Shown here piece by piece: positions 35,640-49,150 of a stretch of DNA of 64,000 nucleotides. The DNA is taken from the NCBI RefSeq assembly GCF_001194135.2, contig NC_068990.1, positions 45,085,915-45,149,914 on the forward strand, read 5' to 3'. The DNA comes from Octopus bimaculoides (taxonomy: Eukaryota). Each line of letters opens with the position of its first letter. Positions within the stretch are counted from its first letter, which is position 1. The notes under the pieces are model-generated. The model saw only the letters and a program-made list of their open reading frames with translations, had not been told where the DNA came from and ran no database searches. Both the position numbers and the translations under genes were made by a program.

Positions 35640-37075
35640 CATCCTCCTCTGCACAATACTCGATGAATTGACAGTCCAATATGAGGTACAGATGAGGGCA
35701 GCAGAGTCAAATTGCCAGGTATTTTAAGTATCTCTGTGGGGATTCCTGATGGGCCGGGGGCTTTCCTTGTCTTCATACCCTTAATTGCTTTATCTACCAG
35801 GGTACTGTCAATTCAGATAGCTGATCCCTCTGTTGGGTCGACATTCGGCAGACTCTCTTTCTCCCATTCATTCTCTTCATTTAGCAACCTTTCATAGTAG
35901 TGTCTCCAAGTCTCTCTTCTTGCAGCCTAATTAAATGCAAGTGAGCCATTATCCATGCAGGCACATTTCTCTCCTATGACATCACGATTCTCTCTTACAC
36001 ACTGTCTTGTAACACAAAACACCTCAAGTCTTTGGTCCTTACAACGCAGAACATTGGCAAATTTTTTCTCATCTGCTTCCCCTCCGGCTAAATAAACCCG
36101 TCTCCTAGCTTCCCTTCTGGCAGTCTGATACAATTTCCTGCTACCACCGTTCGTCCAGTCCTTCCATGCCTGTTTCTTTTCCCTAATGGCCCTGTCAGCT
36201 ACATTGTTCCACCACCATGTTACCTTGGGTCGAGAGGGGATTTTGCACCATCCACAGATCTGATCAGTAGCCCTCAACAGGTCCCGTAGGAAACTCCAGT
36301 TGCCTTCCATATCATGCGATGCTATATCCTCATCTATTTTGTCAAAAGCTTCGAGTAATATGTCTCTAAATCTCTGTCCATTCACAGGATCCTTAAGCTT
36401 CCTGCACCCCTTCTTTTCCATGCTGGTTGTCTTCTGAGCATCCAGTTAGCCCTGATCCTGAAGTCGCTAACTACTAATCTATGTTACGGGGTGCATTCTT
36501 CACCAGGGAAGGTTTTGGCATTTATAAGTAGCCATCTTTCCCATTTCCTGGCAAGGATGTAGTCAATTTGACTAGTCTGTCTACCAGATCAGTAAGTGAA
36601 TAGGAGACTGGCAGGTTTCCTGAAGTTAGTATTACAAACCATAAGATTATTTGCATTGCAGAACTCCAGCAGCCTGGTTCTCTCCTCATTGTGGGAACCA
36701 AAACCATAGCCTCCATGTACGCCATGGAAGCCCCCTGCATGTTGTCCAGCATGCTCATTGAAGTCGCCTGCCACAAAGAGAAGGTCCCTGTCATTTGTCG
36801 ATGAGGTTGTCTGCAAGAGGGTGTCATAAAATCGGTCTTTCATCAGGTAGCTCCAGCTAAGATAATGGTTGCTAACCCATGTTGCAGCACTAATCTAATC
36901 TTAAGTATTCTATCACAGACTCTGACTATCTCGATTACCTTATCAACCCATTTCTCTGCAAGAAGTATATCCACACCCCCAACCCCGTCAGTGTTCCCTG
37001 TCCAGAAAATCTTATACCTATGTTCTTTGCCTGTGAGGAACCTAACAGAACCTCCTCTCCACCTTACTTCTTAGA
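35640..37075 (-). mobile_element. RTE LINE fragment (APE endonuclease and linker)
   Basis: LFVAGDFNEHAG...GYGFGSHNEERTRLLEFC..NLMVCNTNFRK, WWWNNVADRAIREKK; frameshifted. Confidence 0.92.
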
Positions 37076-37175
37076 TGCAACACAAATCTACACGTCTCTG
37101 TTATATATATATATATATATTATGCCAGCATGGAAGACAGACGTTAAATGATGATGATGATGATGATGATATATA

Positions 37176-37215
<40 letters not shown>

Positions 37216-37279
37216 AGATATATACTCTAAGAAACTGTGTGATTGGGAAGTGAACTTCTTAACTATACAAAGAAAAGCA

Positions 37280-38020
37280 AGCTCCCTATGTCCAGAAGAA
37301 TTGACCAAAATGTTGTCTCACTTGTTCCAGGCAGCAAAAATGTTTTAAACAATTTACTTGTTGACCCTGAGAAGATGTTTATACTCTCTTTGTACATCAA
37401 CCTTGGACTTAGGAAAAACTTCATTAAACTAATGGAAAAAGTGCAAAGTGGATTCAAATACTAGAAAAATAGGTTCCCTTCAATCAGTGATATTAAGATT
37501 AAAGAAGGTAAATTTATAGGTCCTTAAGCCAGAGGATTAAGAGATTAGAGATATGAAACAGACCCAATTGAAGTTGAAGAAGCTGCATGATAAAGTTTCC
37601 AAAGTGTCTGTGAAAACATTTTGGGAAAGCACAATGCTGAGAACTATTCTGACCGTAAGTTTTTCCAAGTAAAGGGTTGCAGTATGTCATGAAAGTTAAT
37701 TTCTTGGACTCTCACCCGTACTTTTTACAGAAAACCTTGGTGCAGTAAGTCATGAAAATAGCACACATTTTCATCAGGGTATTCCTATTCTGGAAAAGTA
37801 TTACTGAAGCACTTAGTCTCATAAAAGAAACATGTTTGAGGTAAAGTGCAAAACCAAATCAAATGAAGCTACTTTTAAAAAGAACAGATATGTCTTTTTG
37901 ATCACGTTTTAACTGACATGTAAGTATATGGGTCATTAAAAATAAAATTGCATGCTACACAAAACCTGACCTGACAGAGAAATGTTACAGACTTAATTGG
38001 TGGTATTCAGCACAGAAAAT
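37280..38020 (+). mobile_element. Degraded DNA transposase fragment, tentatively CMC/Chapaev3-like
   Basis: LVDPEKMFILSLYINLGLRKNFIK...FKY...FPSISDIKIKEGKFIGP resembles the LVDP..LPPLHIKLGLMKQFVK..KIKEGIFVGP family; the family name is from memory. Confidence 0.55.
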
Positions 38021-39579
38021 ATTACTAAAGTCATATATTTTCATTCTTGGGACATGAGAAAATACTGTTGTTGTTGTCGTTCAGTATTATTAGTATTAAT
38101 ATATGAAACATATGATGCATCAGATAAGTGAAATACTTAATATCCCAAACTAATCCCTATCTCCAGTATCCAAACATCTACCATTCACAAGGCCAAAATC
38201 ACATGATCTGGTAATCTCAGTGGTGTCAATGGTGGGTGATTTATTTCTCCACCAGCAATGTAAACAAGAGTGCTTATATGCACCAACATGAGAGTTTTTC
38301 TCATGGTAACTATCTCAGTATCCTGTGTTCTTACATAATATCTACTTTTAAGTGGGGATAAATATTACCTTTTGGTATTATTACTACTTCTGTCACTAAT
38401 AATTATTTTTCATTGTGATTAACAGCACAACAAAAAACAGAAACTTAGATTTCCTAGTCTCAGTCATTTGTGGGTTATCAGAGTCAATACTCAATTGATC
38501 AACAAATGTGACAAAAACAATGTGACATCTAAAACTTTGTAGTTGGACATATTGGATGTTAGATGAGTTGATATTAGTGAACAATATATTCTGAAAGTAG
38601 AGATCCTTACAAATTTTACTAAGGTAATTTTGATTCACATGTACAAATTCATAAGTATATTGAAGTGTCAGTATGCATGTGAAAGAGCCCACCCAATTTC
38701 TTTTTTAACATTAAAATCTGATGTAATCATAATTTACACTACTTGCAAGGTAGTTGTAAAAAATTTCATTAAAACATTACTCCTATTTCTGAAAGTTTTG
38801 AAGAAACAAAGTTGACCTGTGTGAATTTTCCTTGACTCCTCCCCTCCACTCAAAATAATTTTTTCCCAATAATTTCTGATATAAGTGGAATCTATACTAT
38901 CTGAATGGTATATGTAGAACATTTCATTAAAAAATATGCATTTTTCTAAAAAGTTGTGAGAAAACAAATTTTGTGTGGTGGGGAGTACACTTCTGTAGGT
39001 GTCCCAGGTAGATAAATATTACTTTACTATTGTTGACAAAACAGGAAGATCTAAGTCCTTTACTATATTTTAGCCATGATGGTTAATGTCATGTTGAAGC
39101 ACAGTCTTAAAGTGTGTTGACAATTGATACAATGTAGTGCTGGTGATAAAATACTAATTCTTGACCTTTAACAAACTACTCCAACCTCCTGTTGAATCAG
39201 TTAGCTGTGATTCTTCATTCTTGATTAAACATCAGTTACACACTAAACTTAGGTCAGGCTTTTTCATCTATGCAGTTTGCAGCTAATTACCAGATAGGTA
39301 TACTTGTCGAATGTAACATGTTAACCTATTTGTTTCAATAAATTTAAGTGGACATTTTGACATTTGTCTCCAGGTGTCCATAGAACAGGAAGAAGTCTTG
39401 GTATTAGATTTCATGATGTTAAGTTTTAGAGATGGTGTCCAATTAAGATATGTAGCTATTTGCTATACTGCAGGTGAAATCCATGTCAACATAATAAACA
39501 GATGCTAAAGGAAGATAATGTTGGGCATCTTGGGAGAATGTAAGAAAATAATTTTTTTCTTTAACTTATAGTCACAGAC

Positions 39580-39730
39580 ATGGCTGTGTGGTAGCTTGCT
39601 TCTCAACCACATGGTTCTGAGTTCAGACCCACTGTGTGGCACCTCAGGCGGTGTCTTCTACTATAGCCTCGGGTTGGCCAAAGTCTTGTGAGTGAATTTG
39701 ATAGACAGAAACTGAAAGAAGCCTGTCATG
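39580..39730 (+). mobile_element. SINE family B, representative copy (more than 12 copies on both strands)
   Basis: Recurrent GGTTCAGTCCCACTG.GTGGCACCTTGGGCAAGTGTCTTCTACTATAGCC...GATTTGGTAGAC.GAAACTGAAAGAAGCC. Confidence 0.75.
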
Positions 39731-39779
39731 TATGTATATATATACATACATACATATATACACATAATACATATGTATA

Positions 39780-39990
39780 TTGTGTGTGTCTTTGTCTCCC
39801 ACTACTACTTGATAACCTGTGTTGGTGTGTTTATGTCACTATAGCTTAGTGATTTGGCAAAATAGACTGATAGAATAAGTACCAGGCTTAACAAGAATAA
39901 GTACTGGGGTTGATTCATTCAACTAAAAGTTCTTCAAGGTGGTGCCCTAGTAAGGCTGCAGTCTAATGACTGAAACAAGTAAAAGATAAA
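39780..39990 (+). mobile_element. SINE family C 3' part, representative copy (others near 5320, 6330, 13540, 41780, 62090)
   Basis: Recurrent TTGACAAC.GATGTTGGTGTG...AAGTACTGGGG...GACTGAAACAAGTAAAAGA. Confidence 0.7.
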
Positions 39991-40550
39991 AGATTATTGA
40001 ATCTGTAAGAAAGAGAAATACTTATGACCTTCACAAGTCCTCTGAGATCAATGCCTTTAACGTTCCACTTGAAGTGTTGTAATATCATCATCATTATTTT
40101 AACATCCACTTTTATACATTGGCATGGAATTTGTTGAGGCAAATTTTCTATGGCCAGATGCTGATGCCCCTCTTGTCGCCAACCCTCAACTGTTTCCAAG
40201 TAAAGTAATATTTCCCCAATGACCAGAAATGCTTTCACAAAAGACTGTAAATGGAGGACACTGCTTGCATTAAAGAAACACTTGTTTCACAACTATCAAC
40301 ATGAAGTCAAGACAAGGAGACAGTAACACATACAACAGGCTTCTTTCAGTTTCCATCAATCAGATTCACTCACAAGGCTTTGGTCAGTGCAAGACTTTAG
40401 AAAACATGCAGTAGGATTGAACCCGAACCTATGTGCCTGGGAAGCCAGCTTCTTACCATATGGCCATGCATGTGCAACATTCACATATTTTAGAGAAAAG
40501 AGCCATTAGATTGGCTATTGGCCTGTTCACTCTAACTGTAGATTCCTTAA

Positions 40551-40744
40551 CCCTTTTGTTACCAAATTTCTGTTGAAATACACAGCTTTTGAAGAATTTA
40601 ATAAAATAACTTTGTTTTTATTAAAATGGTGTTTGGAACATAAATTGACATGAAATTTTAATGGCAAGTTTTTATTAGATCACTTTGTAACAGGAAGTCA
40701 GGATCATAGAAAAGGGTGACTCAGGTAGGTTGGTATTAAAAGGG
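40551..40744. mobile_element. piggyBac-like MITE, 194 bp
   Basis: TTAA on both sides (40547-40550, 40745-40748); TIR CCCTTTTGTTACC / GGTATTAAAAGGG (11 of 13 match). Confidence 0.7.
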
Positions 40745-40784
40745 TTAAATGTCATGGTCAATAGCATGTATAACAACTGATGAA

Positions 40785-41030
40785 TGTTTTGTTACTTTGC
40801 AAAGTAACTCTTTAGCATTCAGATTACTCTGTCAAATGTAATGTTTATTTCTTTACATTGTTTTGAATTAATCACGCATCACCTTGTAGCTTTGAGTTTT
40901 GAATGATGCGATTAATTATTTTTAGAATGATGTTGTAAGGTAGGTGTGAGAGTCTAGATCTGGCCAGTTTGAACATAAAACAGGTAGAATATTTGGGTCT
41001 GATATGGCCAGTTTAAACACTGAAATGTTA
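40785..41030. mobile_element. Second piggyBac-like MITE family (degenerate); other copies near 4930-5060 and 59239-59851
   Basis: Shared block GAACATAAAACAGGTAGAATATTTGGG...CCAGTT in three copies; AAATGCTAAAGGG-TTAA end is intact in the 59.8 kb copy. Confidence 0.55.
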
Positions 41031-44000
41031 AACTTTATATAAGGTTATAGTGTGACAAGACATTGATACAACCAGTTGTTTTAATTATAGGTATCACATG
41101 TATTATGGAAATGTTCCAGAAAAATCTTTTTTGCAATTTGGAATTGCATATTTTCTATTGATTTCATGTTATATGAAAGTTAAAGGGAAATATACTTTAT
41201 CGTATGGAATTCCATGTCATACCAAGATTTTCAAGGATAAAATGCTTCTTTAATGTGACAGATATATGACGAAATATTATTTAATTCATGACAAGACCCT
41301 TCACTAACACACCAGACCAATCAATTTGATTTTTTAACAAGAGATCGTCATTTACACTAACAGAAGGCATTGACAGATAACACTGCAATCAAGATAGTAC
41401 AGCTATCACAAACAACTCAGAAAAGATCAGCTTGTGTTTTTTATTTGATTATGATGTAGTTGGTATAGATATGATCATAATTTCAGTTACTCAACTTGCT
41501 AGTGGTAATGGTCACAATCGATATACTTTTGATCATAGCTCCATTTGAATGGGATGAAAAAGTTATTTTCATTAACCTGTTACCTTACCTGCATTTGATC
41601 TCTTCACTTCCGCCAGACTAAACTTTGTTTCAAACCAATATGGACGTATATAGGTGCAGGAGTGGCTGTATGGTAAGTAGCTTGCTTACTAGCCACATGG
41701 TACTTTGGGCAAGTGTCTTCTACTATAGCCTTGTCAGTGGATTTGGTAGACAGAAACTGAAAGAAGCCTGTCGTATATATATATGTGTTTGTCCCCTCCA
41801 CCATCACTTGACAACTGATGTTGGTGTGTTTATGTACCTGTAACTTAGCAGTCCGGCAAAAGGGGCCAATGGAATATGTACTAGGCTTACAAAGAATAAG
41901 TCCTGCAGTTGATCTGTTCAACTAAAAGCGGTGCTTCAGCATGGTCATAATCAAATAACTGAAACAAGTAAAAGAAAAATACAATGTAAATTGTATGTCC
42001 ATGGTAATCTATTGCTCTTCCTACCTTCTAAGTTCACTTCTGCATTACCTTGAGTGTAAGCCTATGCTGTATGTCTAAGGGATGAAACTTAGTTCATCTC
42101 ATGAATCAAGAAAAAAAGTTGCTTCTTTCTTTGAATTAGGTGATAATACAGGAGAAATCTGAACAAATATTTTATGATTATTTGTTTTATTACTGTAACC
42201 AGTAGTTAACTCCCACTTACTTACTTTTGATTAAGATCTGCTCCAAATTAACCTGTTACAATTTATTTAAAGCAAAGTGTTTTTACGTTCCTGTTTAATA
42301 AACTATGGTATATTGTGTTCACACAAAGCTTTATTCTTGAGGGACAATTCATAAAGTATCCAAGTCCTTTTTCTAAACTATTTTCCAATTTTACTTTTAA
42401 TGATGATCTTTAACAGTGGACTAAGATTCATTAAATTTTCAGCATGTCTCCAACACTTTAATGGGTATAGATCTTCTTCATTTGCTACTTTCACTGCATT
42501 ATTAAGAATAGGGTAATTGGTCTTCCTAATTATTTATCAGAGAAATTAAAAATCATCTTTCTTGAATTTGTTTAACACCCTCTAGTATTTTCATAACATC
42601 AAGATATACAGTGTATATTTTCATTGCATGTTTTATTTGTAAAGCATGCAATGTCAAATATGATACCTCTTCAGATTTCTATCAATTGGTTATCTACAAA
42701 TAAAACAAGGATTAACAAATTCCAAAATTAATTTTAGTTAAATATCAAAGTTACAATTTTAGACTTTAGACCAAAGTTTTAACTTTGATGTATTTACTTA
42801 TTCCTTCTTAATAAATTTCCTACATTTAAGAAAGGAATATATATACTCATTATCTTTGGACACCATGATCTACAATGAAAATGAAATGGCCATTTTGATG
42901 CTTGTGCAGGTCAGACAAAATTTGTTGAGGCAAATTTTCCTGAACACAAACAGCACAATGGCCAGACATATATTCATGGAAGGCTGCAAACAACACTATG
43001 ACAGTGATGCTCATTTAAGAGAAGCACAGAATGTCAAAACAAGGAGATCTGAACATACAGACATGCTTTTTTCAATTCCTGTCAACGAAATCTACTCACA
43101 AGGCTTTGGTCGGTCGAAATCTATACTAGAAGACACTGGCCTGTGCTGCTGTCCAGAGGGACTGGGTCCAAAATCATGTGGTTGTGAAGATAACTTCTTA
43201 GCCACACAGCCATGCCCAAGTTTATGTGTTTATAAACACCAATGGAAATACCTGGATTTAAGATCATAAAAGAAACATAACTCTTTAACAAATATGGTTC
43301 TGGTCAGCTAAACGTTTCTATAAAATGAGTGCCACATGACTGAGCACTAGAACTGATGTGCGACAAAAACCTTTGAAGGCAATATCCTAGCATGGTTTTG
43401 GTTCAATAACTGATCTATTAGGTTGTCCCACATGAAATAGCTACTTAGAAATGAATAAATAAAAACTATTTATGAATCAAAATAGGCTCCATTAGTGCCC
43501 ACATTTTTCTATTGCCTTGCAAGACTATATATTCCTTCTTCAAGAAAATTGTTCAAATGCCATCATTATTTCTTCTTTGCAAACTTGTAATGTCAGATGA
43601 AAAGCTCAAGGTGACAAAATAAATGATGATCCAATATTTGACAAGCTACTGCAATTTTGCTTTAGTGTGATGTGTGAAGGGGTCTGACATGGTCACACAA
43701 GAGTATAGGCCCTTGTTTATTTATCAACATTACCTCTTCCCCGGCTAATTTGGAATTCATTTCCTCATTTGCTGGCAGCAAGATTAGAATGTTACTGTTT
43801 CTCCTGGTTGAGAAATGAATAATGAATGATTCCTTGACAGTACCACCAAATAGTAACCCTTGCGTTTGTGTGTGTAAAGCAAATTTTGAAGCATGTTCAG
43901 GCAACCCTTCAGCATTTCGTTGTTGAGATCTTTTCCTGATGTCATAAAGGACCTATATTTTTTTGTGTTACAGGTAGTTATTCTTTTCAAAAATGGTTCT

Positions 44001-45478
44001 CTTTCATTTCACACAAGAAAAGAACAGACTGTCATCTTATTTTCAGCACTTAACTGATCATTGCAAGATGTCAACCCACAGATGATTTCAAAACCTTTAA
44101 ATTATTGGTGAGAAAAGCAAAAGTCTAGTTTCTTTCACAGAGTGTCTGCAAAGGCTAGGAAAGAACATTAAAATTCACATAATCAGCAATAAATTTAAGA
44201 TTTTCTAAAAATCTGATGTCAGCAAATGATATTACAGCACAAAATTTACGATATTCATTCACAAAAACAAATTTTAGAAGTGGCCACCTCATAACTTCGT
44301 AAAAAAATATATAACACAAAAAATCCAAAGTATCTCTGACAACAAATGTGAAACTATCAAATCCAAGTGGCTCACTGAATCATGTAATACCTGTGCTGAT
44401 CATATAAATGGTATTTAGAAACAGGATTCTAGCTCTTGTCTTGTACGTATCACTGTATGTAGATAGAAATTTTGCTCATGTTTTTTTAATTAGTTTTTGC
44501 TGTTGTTTCCAATTATGAGAATTGCAAGGAATCTTTGATGTTTTGACACTAATTTTAGCCCGTCTTGGACCTGCAATCATGTTTTATTCACTGCTTTGAC
44601 TGTTTTACATTGTAATATTTGTAGTCAAGTTAAAATAAAGTGAATTGAAAAATCTGATAGTATTCTTGGTTGAAGTTATTTAACCTTACTTATCACAGAA
44701 ACACTCTCGGGAAGGGCATTTCTTTTTCCCCTAAAATTATAAATTCAAAAGAAAAGGTGACACTTCTAACTTTGGCTGCACTTCTCCCATGGTATTTTGA
44801 ACTCAATAAGATTTGAACGAGAACGCAAGCAAGCATTATAATCTCTGATATATATAAACATCTACTGATTCTGTAACCAATCACTCTAATAATAAAATAA
44901 GAGGATTTTAAAGACTCTACAGTGCTATACATTTTGTTGGAAGAATAGTCTTTGTCTTCTATAATTCGACTCATATTGAGCATATGTTATAGAAAATATT
45001 AAATCGACCTCAGCACTTGACTGGTGCCTTATTTTGTATTGACCCTGAAGGATGATGAAAGATAAAATTGAACTTGGAAGGATTATATGTAGTATTTGAC
45101 AAATATATACTTGGTCACCACACCTCCCACCAGAAAACAGGATTTGAATTCAGAGTGTGAAAGGGACGTAACAAAGTATCCAAAGGAAGAATATTGAATA
45201 GAATGAATTTTGCTTTAGATATTAAAATAAGTCGAGTTACTCTATTTTGATTACGTGCTTCAAAAGATTTAGGCTATGGAAAGACACATCATTGCATCCA
45301 TATAATGACTAGAGAATTAAGAGTTGTTGAATATAAAACCATTCTAAGAATGACAAACAGTGGCTTGACAGAACAGTCAGACAATGTGTTGAACATATAT
45401 AATTACAGCCCTTTATGCCCCCAAATTAATTTTGTTATCTTTCATGGACAAAACAAAGTACCAAGGTCGATTTATATA

Positions 45479-46710
45479 CAGGGTGTCCACGCTCCCAGAT
45501 TTCAAACAAATATAATATGTAACTTTATTGTAATATTCTTTCACAACTAGTAGCTACAGTTGCACCTCTCTGGTTACTTGATGCGATAATCTAGCTCAGT
45601 CAAGACTCTCTGCAGCATACCCAGAGTGATCATGCAAAGTGCTTCAGTGATACAATTTATTAGCTCATCCAAGGTTGCAGGAAGTGTGGGTATGTAAACT
45701 TTGGTCTTTATGTATCCTCAAAGAAAGAAGTCACAAACAGTTAGGTCTGGTGACCTCACGGGCCACTTGCAGAACATCTTGTCATCACTTCCAGCATGGC
45801 CAATCCATCTGTTTGGCATGTGCTCATTGAGAAATCTCCTGACAGGGAGATGGCAGTGCACCATCTTGCTGAAAAAAGTGGTCACCACCCTCAGCATGGA
45901 AACATCCAATTGCTTAGCATCTCCAGGTAACTTTAACCAGTAACAGTTCGTTCATGAATGAAGAAAGGTCCATACACAGTCTGCTTTGACAGCACAAAAC
46001 ACATTAAGTTTGGGAGAGTCTTAATCACTTTCCAGGGTCACATATGAATTTTCACTCCCCTGTATCCTCACATTATGCCTATTGACCTTAAGTGGAATGT
46101 CGCCTCATCACCGAAAATGATCTTCAACAGCAGGTTGTCGTCATTTTCCATTAATGCCTGGAAATTCGTACAAAATTCAATTCACATTGTCTTCCAAGTG
46201 TAGGTTTTGGACTAAGTGCAGTTTCTAAGGGTGAAACCGTAGGCGTGTAAGATCTGTGCTTATGGGGACCTGTAACTTTTAGTTAGCTCTGTGTACTGAC
46301 GTCTTGGGCCTGTGCAAAAATACTCCTCTAACTTGATCGATAACTTCCTCTGAGACCAGTGGTCAGCCTGAATGTCCCTTTCTCCGATCACAGATGCATC
46401 CATTCTCAATAAAGTCGTCGTGGCATTTCCGAATGGACTTGGGTGTAGGTGGATTCACATGGTATTTGAGTTTGAAAGCACGTTGCACGGTCACAACACT
46501 CTGTACTTTCAAATTCCAGAACAAACCAGCTGCGTTGCTGTGGGGTGGCGGCCATCTTGGATATCCTTGCGTTCACGTCAAAGATGGAAAGTCACCTGAA
46601 AATAAAAGCAAGTATTAGGGAATTAGTGGACACCATATTTATCAATATATGTGAATTACTTTAGATATCATAGCGTCATGGAACCAGGGAGTGTTTTTGT
46701 GGAGACCCTG
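45479..46710 (-). mobile_element. Tc1/mariner-superfamily element (DUF4817/Tc3-like), 1232 bp, pseudogenised
   Basis: TIR CAGGGT(G/C)TCCAC with TA on both sides; RRFLNEHMPNRWIG...WPVRSPDLTVCDFFL motif; many stops. Confidence 0.88.
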
Positions 46711-47810
46711 TATTTCTACAAAGCAACCTAGAAGTAAATGAAATTACATTAGAAGCCAAGACAAGCCTAATTTTCAGACATAGTTATCTCAGACACCATT
46801 AACCAACATGTCATTTTTACTTCTTTGTTTAAAGCGATAGAGTGTGACAAACTTTTGGCTGCTATTTCTAGGTAGGCAAATGACCATTAAATGAAATTGG
46901 TAGTGTGATCGCCTGGCAAATGAAAGGTGCCTTGCGCATCCCCGTTGCTCAAGTAGAAGGGACGAGTGTTCAGAAACTGTCAATATGTAACCATCAACGG
47001 GATGTAAGACAAGTGTAACCCAGTCAGATAAAATTTTGATGTAATTGAACGATTTTTTGTTGTGACGATAAAACTTTGGTCATCTGTCAGAAACCGTATT
47101 TTATAAAAACAGTGCCAACGAAAACAACACGTGCAAGGAGGGCATTTGTCAAAGGAAAACAATCTTGTTACACATGGTAGAGTTAAAGACAAATAACATT
47201 TCAAACTAAATATCAATTCATTTATATTACAATAATACTATATCAAAAGTTTGTGTATTCGTTTAAGACAGTATCTAAACATTTTAACAAAGCATTTCTT
47301 AATTTTGCGTATTCTATCAAATGTCTACTGAACATTTGCGTATGTAGAAAAAGCAAACCTACATCAAGAAAGCTTTTATTACACACCCCCGTCACGGGAC
47401 GATCCAGCTAAAAAGCTTTTACGTGGGCACTCTAGCAGCCAAACTGTCTTCCAAATAATTTCCAGTTGTCTTAAGAAAAACATGTTACATAATGTAGTCC
47501 TTGACATGCCTAAAAAAAAAAGACGAGATTGTCACAGCAAGGATGCTTTTGATCATCGGTTTACTTGATCAAGCCTAACCACCAACTAACGCACACATCG
47601 GTATATATATATATATATATACTACAGGTATACAAATCCGTGACCGTTTTTCAATAGTTTACGCGACATAAAACACATCACTCCAATTAACGTTTAATCT
47701 ACTGTGAAGTAATCCAGTAAAATTCACTTTCATTCCAAATAGCATTTCATCCTCATCTCGTACAGAAAGAGGAATCAGTTGACCAATTTCTAACATTGCA
47801 AAAAGCTTAC

Positions 47811-47900
47811 TCATCGTAACAACTGTAAGACCGAGTTTGGTGCAGCCTCACTTTCACATCGAAAGGAAAGTTTTCGCTGAGAGAGAGTTGATCGGAAGTT
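47811..47900 (-). other. Candidate first exon of an unassigned transcript divergent from TSC2
   Basis: Donor GATGA|GTAAGC at 47811/47810, ETS motif CGGAAGT near 47893, pyrimidine-rich start (ctctctctcag), CpG-enriched surroundings. Confidence 0.3.
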
Positions 47901-48751
47901 ATCATCAATATAGTGTACAGAAATTGACGAGCTAAGGGGGAGGGGGAGAAGTACAAGCAATAATATATATATTACTTTAAAATCTAAGTGATTTTCTCCC
48001 TTCAGATTACTTTTTAAGTGATCCAAAATATTTATATACAGTCACAAAACTGTTGCTGAAAAGCATATGGATTTCAATGCTTATTAATAGATATTTGCCA
48101 AAAATGTATGGATGTTAAGTGAACGAATGTGTGTATATATACATACATATACACACACATATATATATTATGTGTGTATGGAGTGACTATGAATGTGTAT
48201 ATATGTGTGTGGTATTTATCGATATATGTGTAGGTGTGTGTGTGTATGTGTAGATAAATTTAGACGGAGTGTGCGGAAAGTGGCACATAAAAAGTTGAAA
48301 ACGAGATGAATAACGCATGAAAGACGAATATTTAAGCATATAAATATGTTTACAACCTTTCTACATCAATTCATAGAGCTGGCACAGAACAAAAGAAATA
48401 GTGGCGTCAAGAAAACAGCAAGTATTTTTTTTAAAAGAGAGAACTACTAAATAAATGAACGACACAGGCGAACAACTGGAAACTGGCAGAAATAGTAATA
48501 AGGTCAAGGACAAGTGTCGCTTATGTAGTTGTTGTAGAACGAGAGTCGCATCATGTGGATTGGAAAAGAGGGATTAAAAGAGATATACAGAGGGGGGAGA
48601 GTAAAAGAAAGCGATAGAGAGTGAGAACGAAAGTATGAAATCAAATGGATTGAATATGAAAAAAAAGAAGAGAAAAGTGAAAGAAAACAGAAAAGTAATG
48701 AATAAAAGTGAAAACAAAAAAGAAAGCGATATGATAGGTAAAAAGTAGATG

Positions 48752-48788
<37 letters not shown>

Positions 48789-48945
48789 AATGTAATTTTA
48801 TGGATTTATATTTAAGTAGAATTTTTTTGTGATGAAGAAATTATCTGAAAAAAAAAATTCAAATTGATTAAATAATTAAAGGAATAAAACTGAAGGAGAA
48901 AAATTGGAAATGGCATGCTTCTCAGTTTGGCTGTATTTATCGCTG

Positions 48946-49150
48946 ATGCAAGGGATCTGTGGTGGCTAGTGTCACGTGCTGATATGATTGCTGCTGCCGG
49001 AGTAGGAGGAGTAGGAGGAGTAGGCGGAGGAAAAGAGAGAGAATGAGCGAAGATGTCACGACCAGGCAAGTCGGAGGAGAAATTCAAAGACAAATTCAGG
49101 AATCTGTTCAATTTTCGCAACAGATCACCCCCTGCCGCTCAGAAATCTGA
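48946..49150 (+). promoter_or_regulatory. Three upstream ORFs in the TSC2-like leader
   Basis: uORF1 48946-48969 (MQGICGG*). uORF2 48984-49046 (MIAAAGVGGVGGVGGGKERE*), in frame with the CDS. uORF3 49043-49150 (35 aa), out of frame and overlapping the main ATG. Confidence 0.55.

Noticed and set aside
35062-35727. Long ORFs of 97-221 aa
   Set aside because: They are open only because they span the N gap.
38455-38485. CTGATAA...GAGAC on the minus strand as a third hammerhead relic
   Set aside because: Both core halves are mutated and stem II does not pair.
39374-39473. Plus-strand 100-nt open exon-like segment (VSIEQEEVLVLDF...)
   Set aside because: No recognisable homology and no phase-consistent partners; the opposite strand is equally open.
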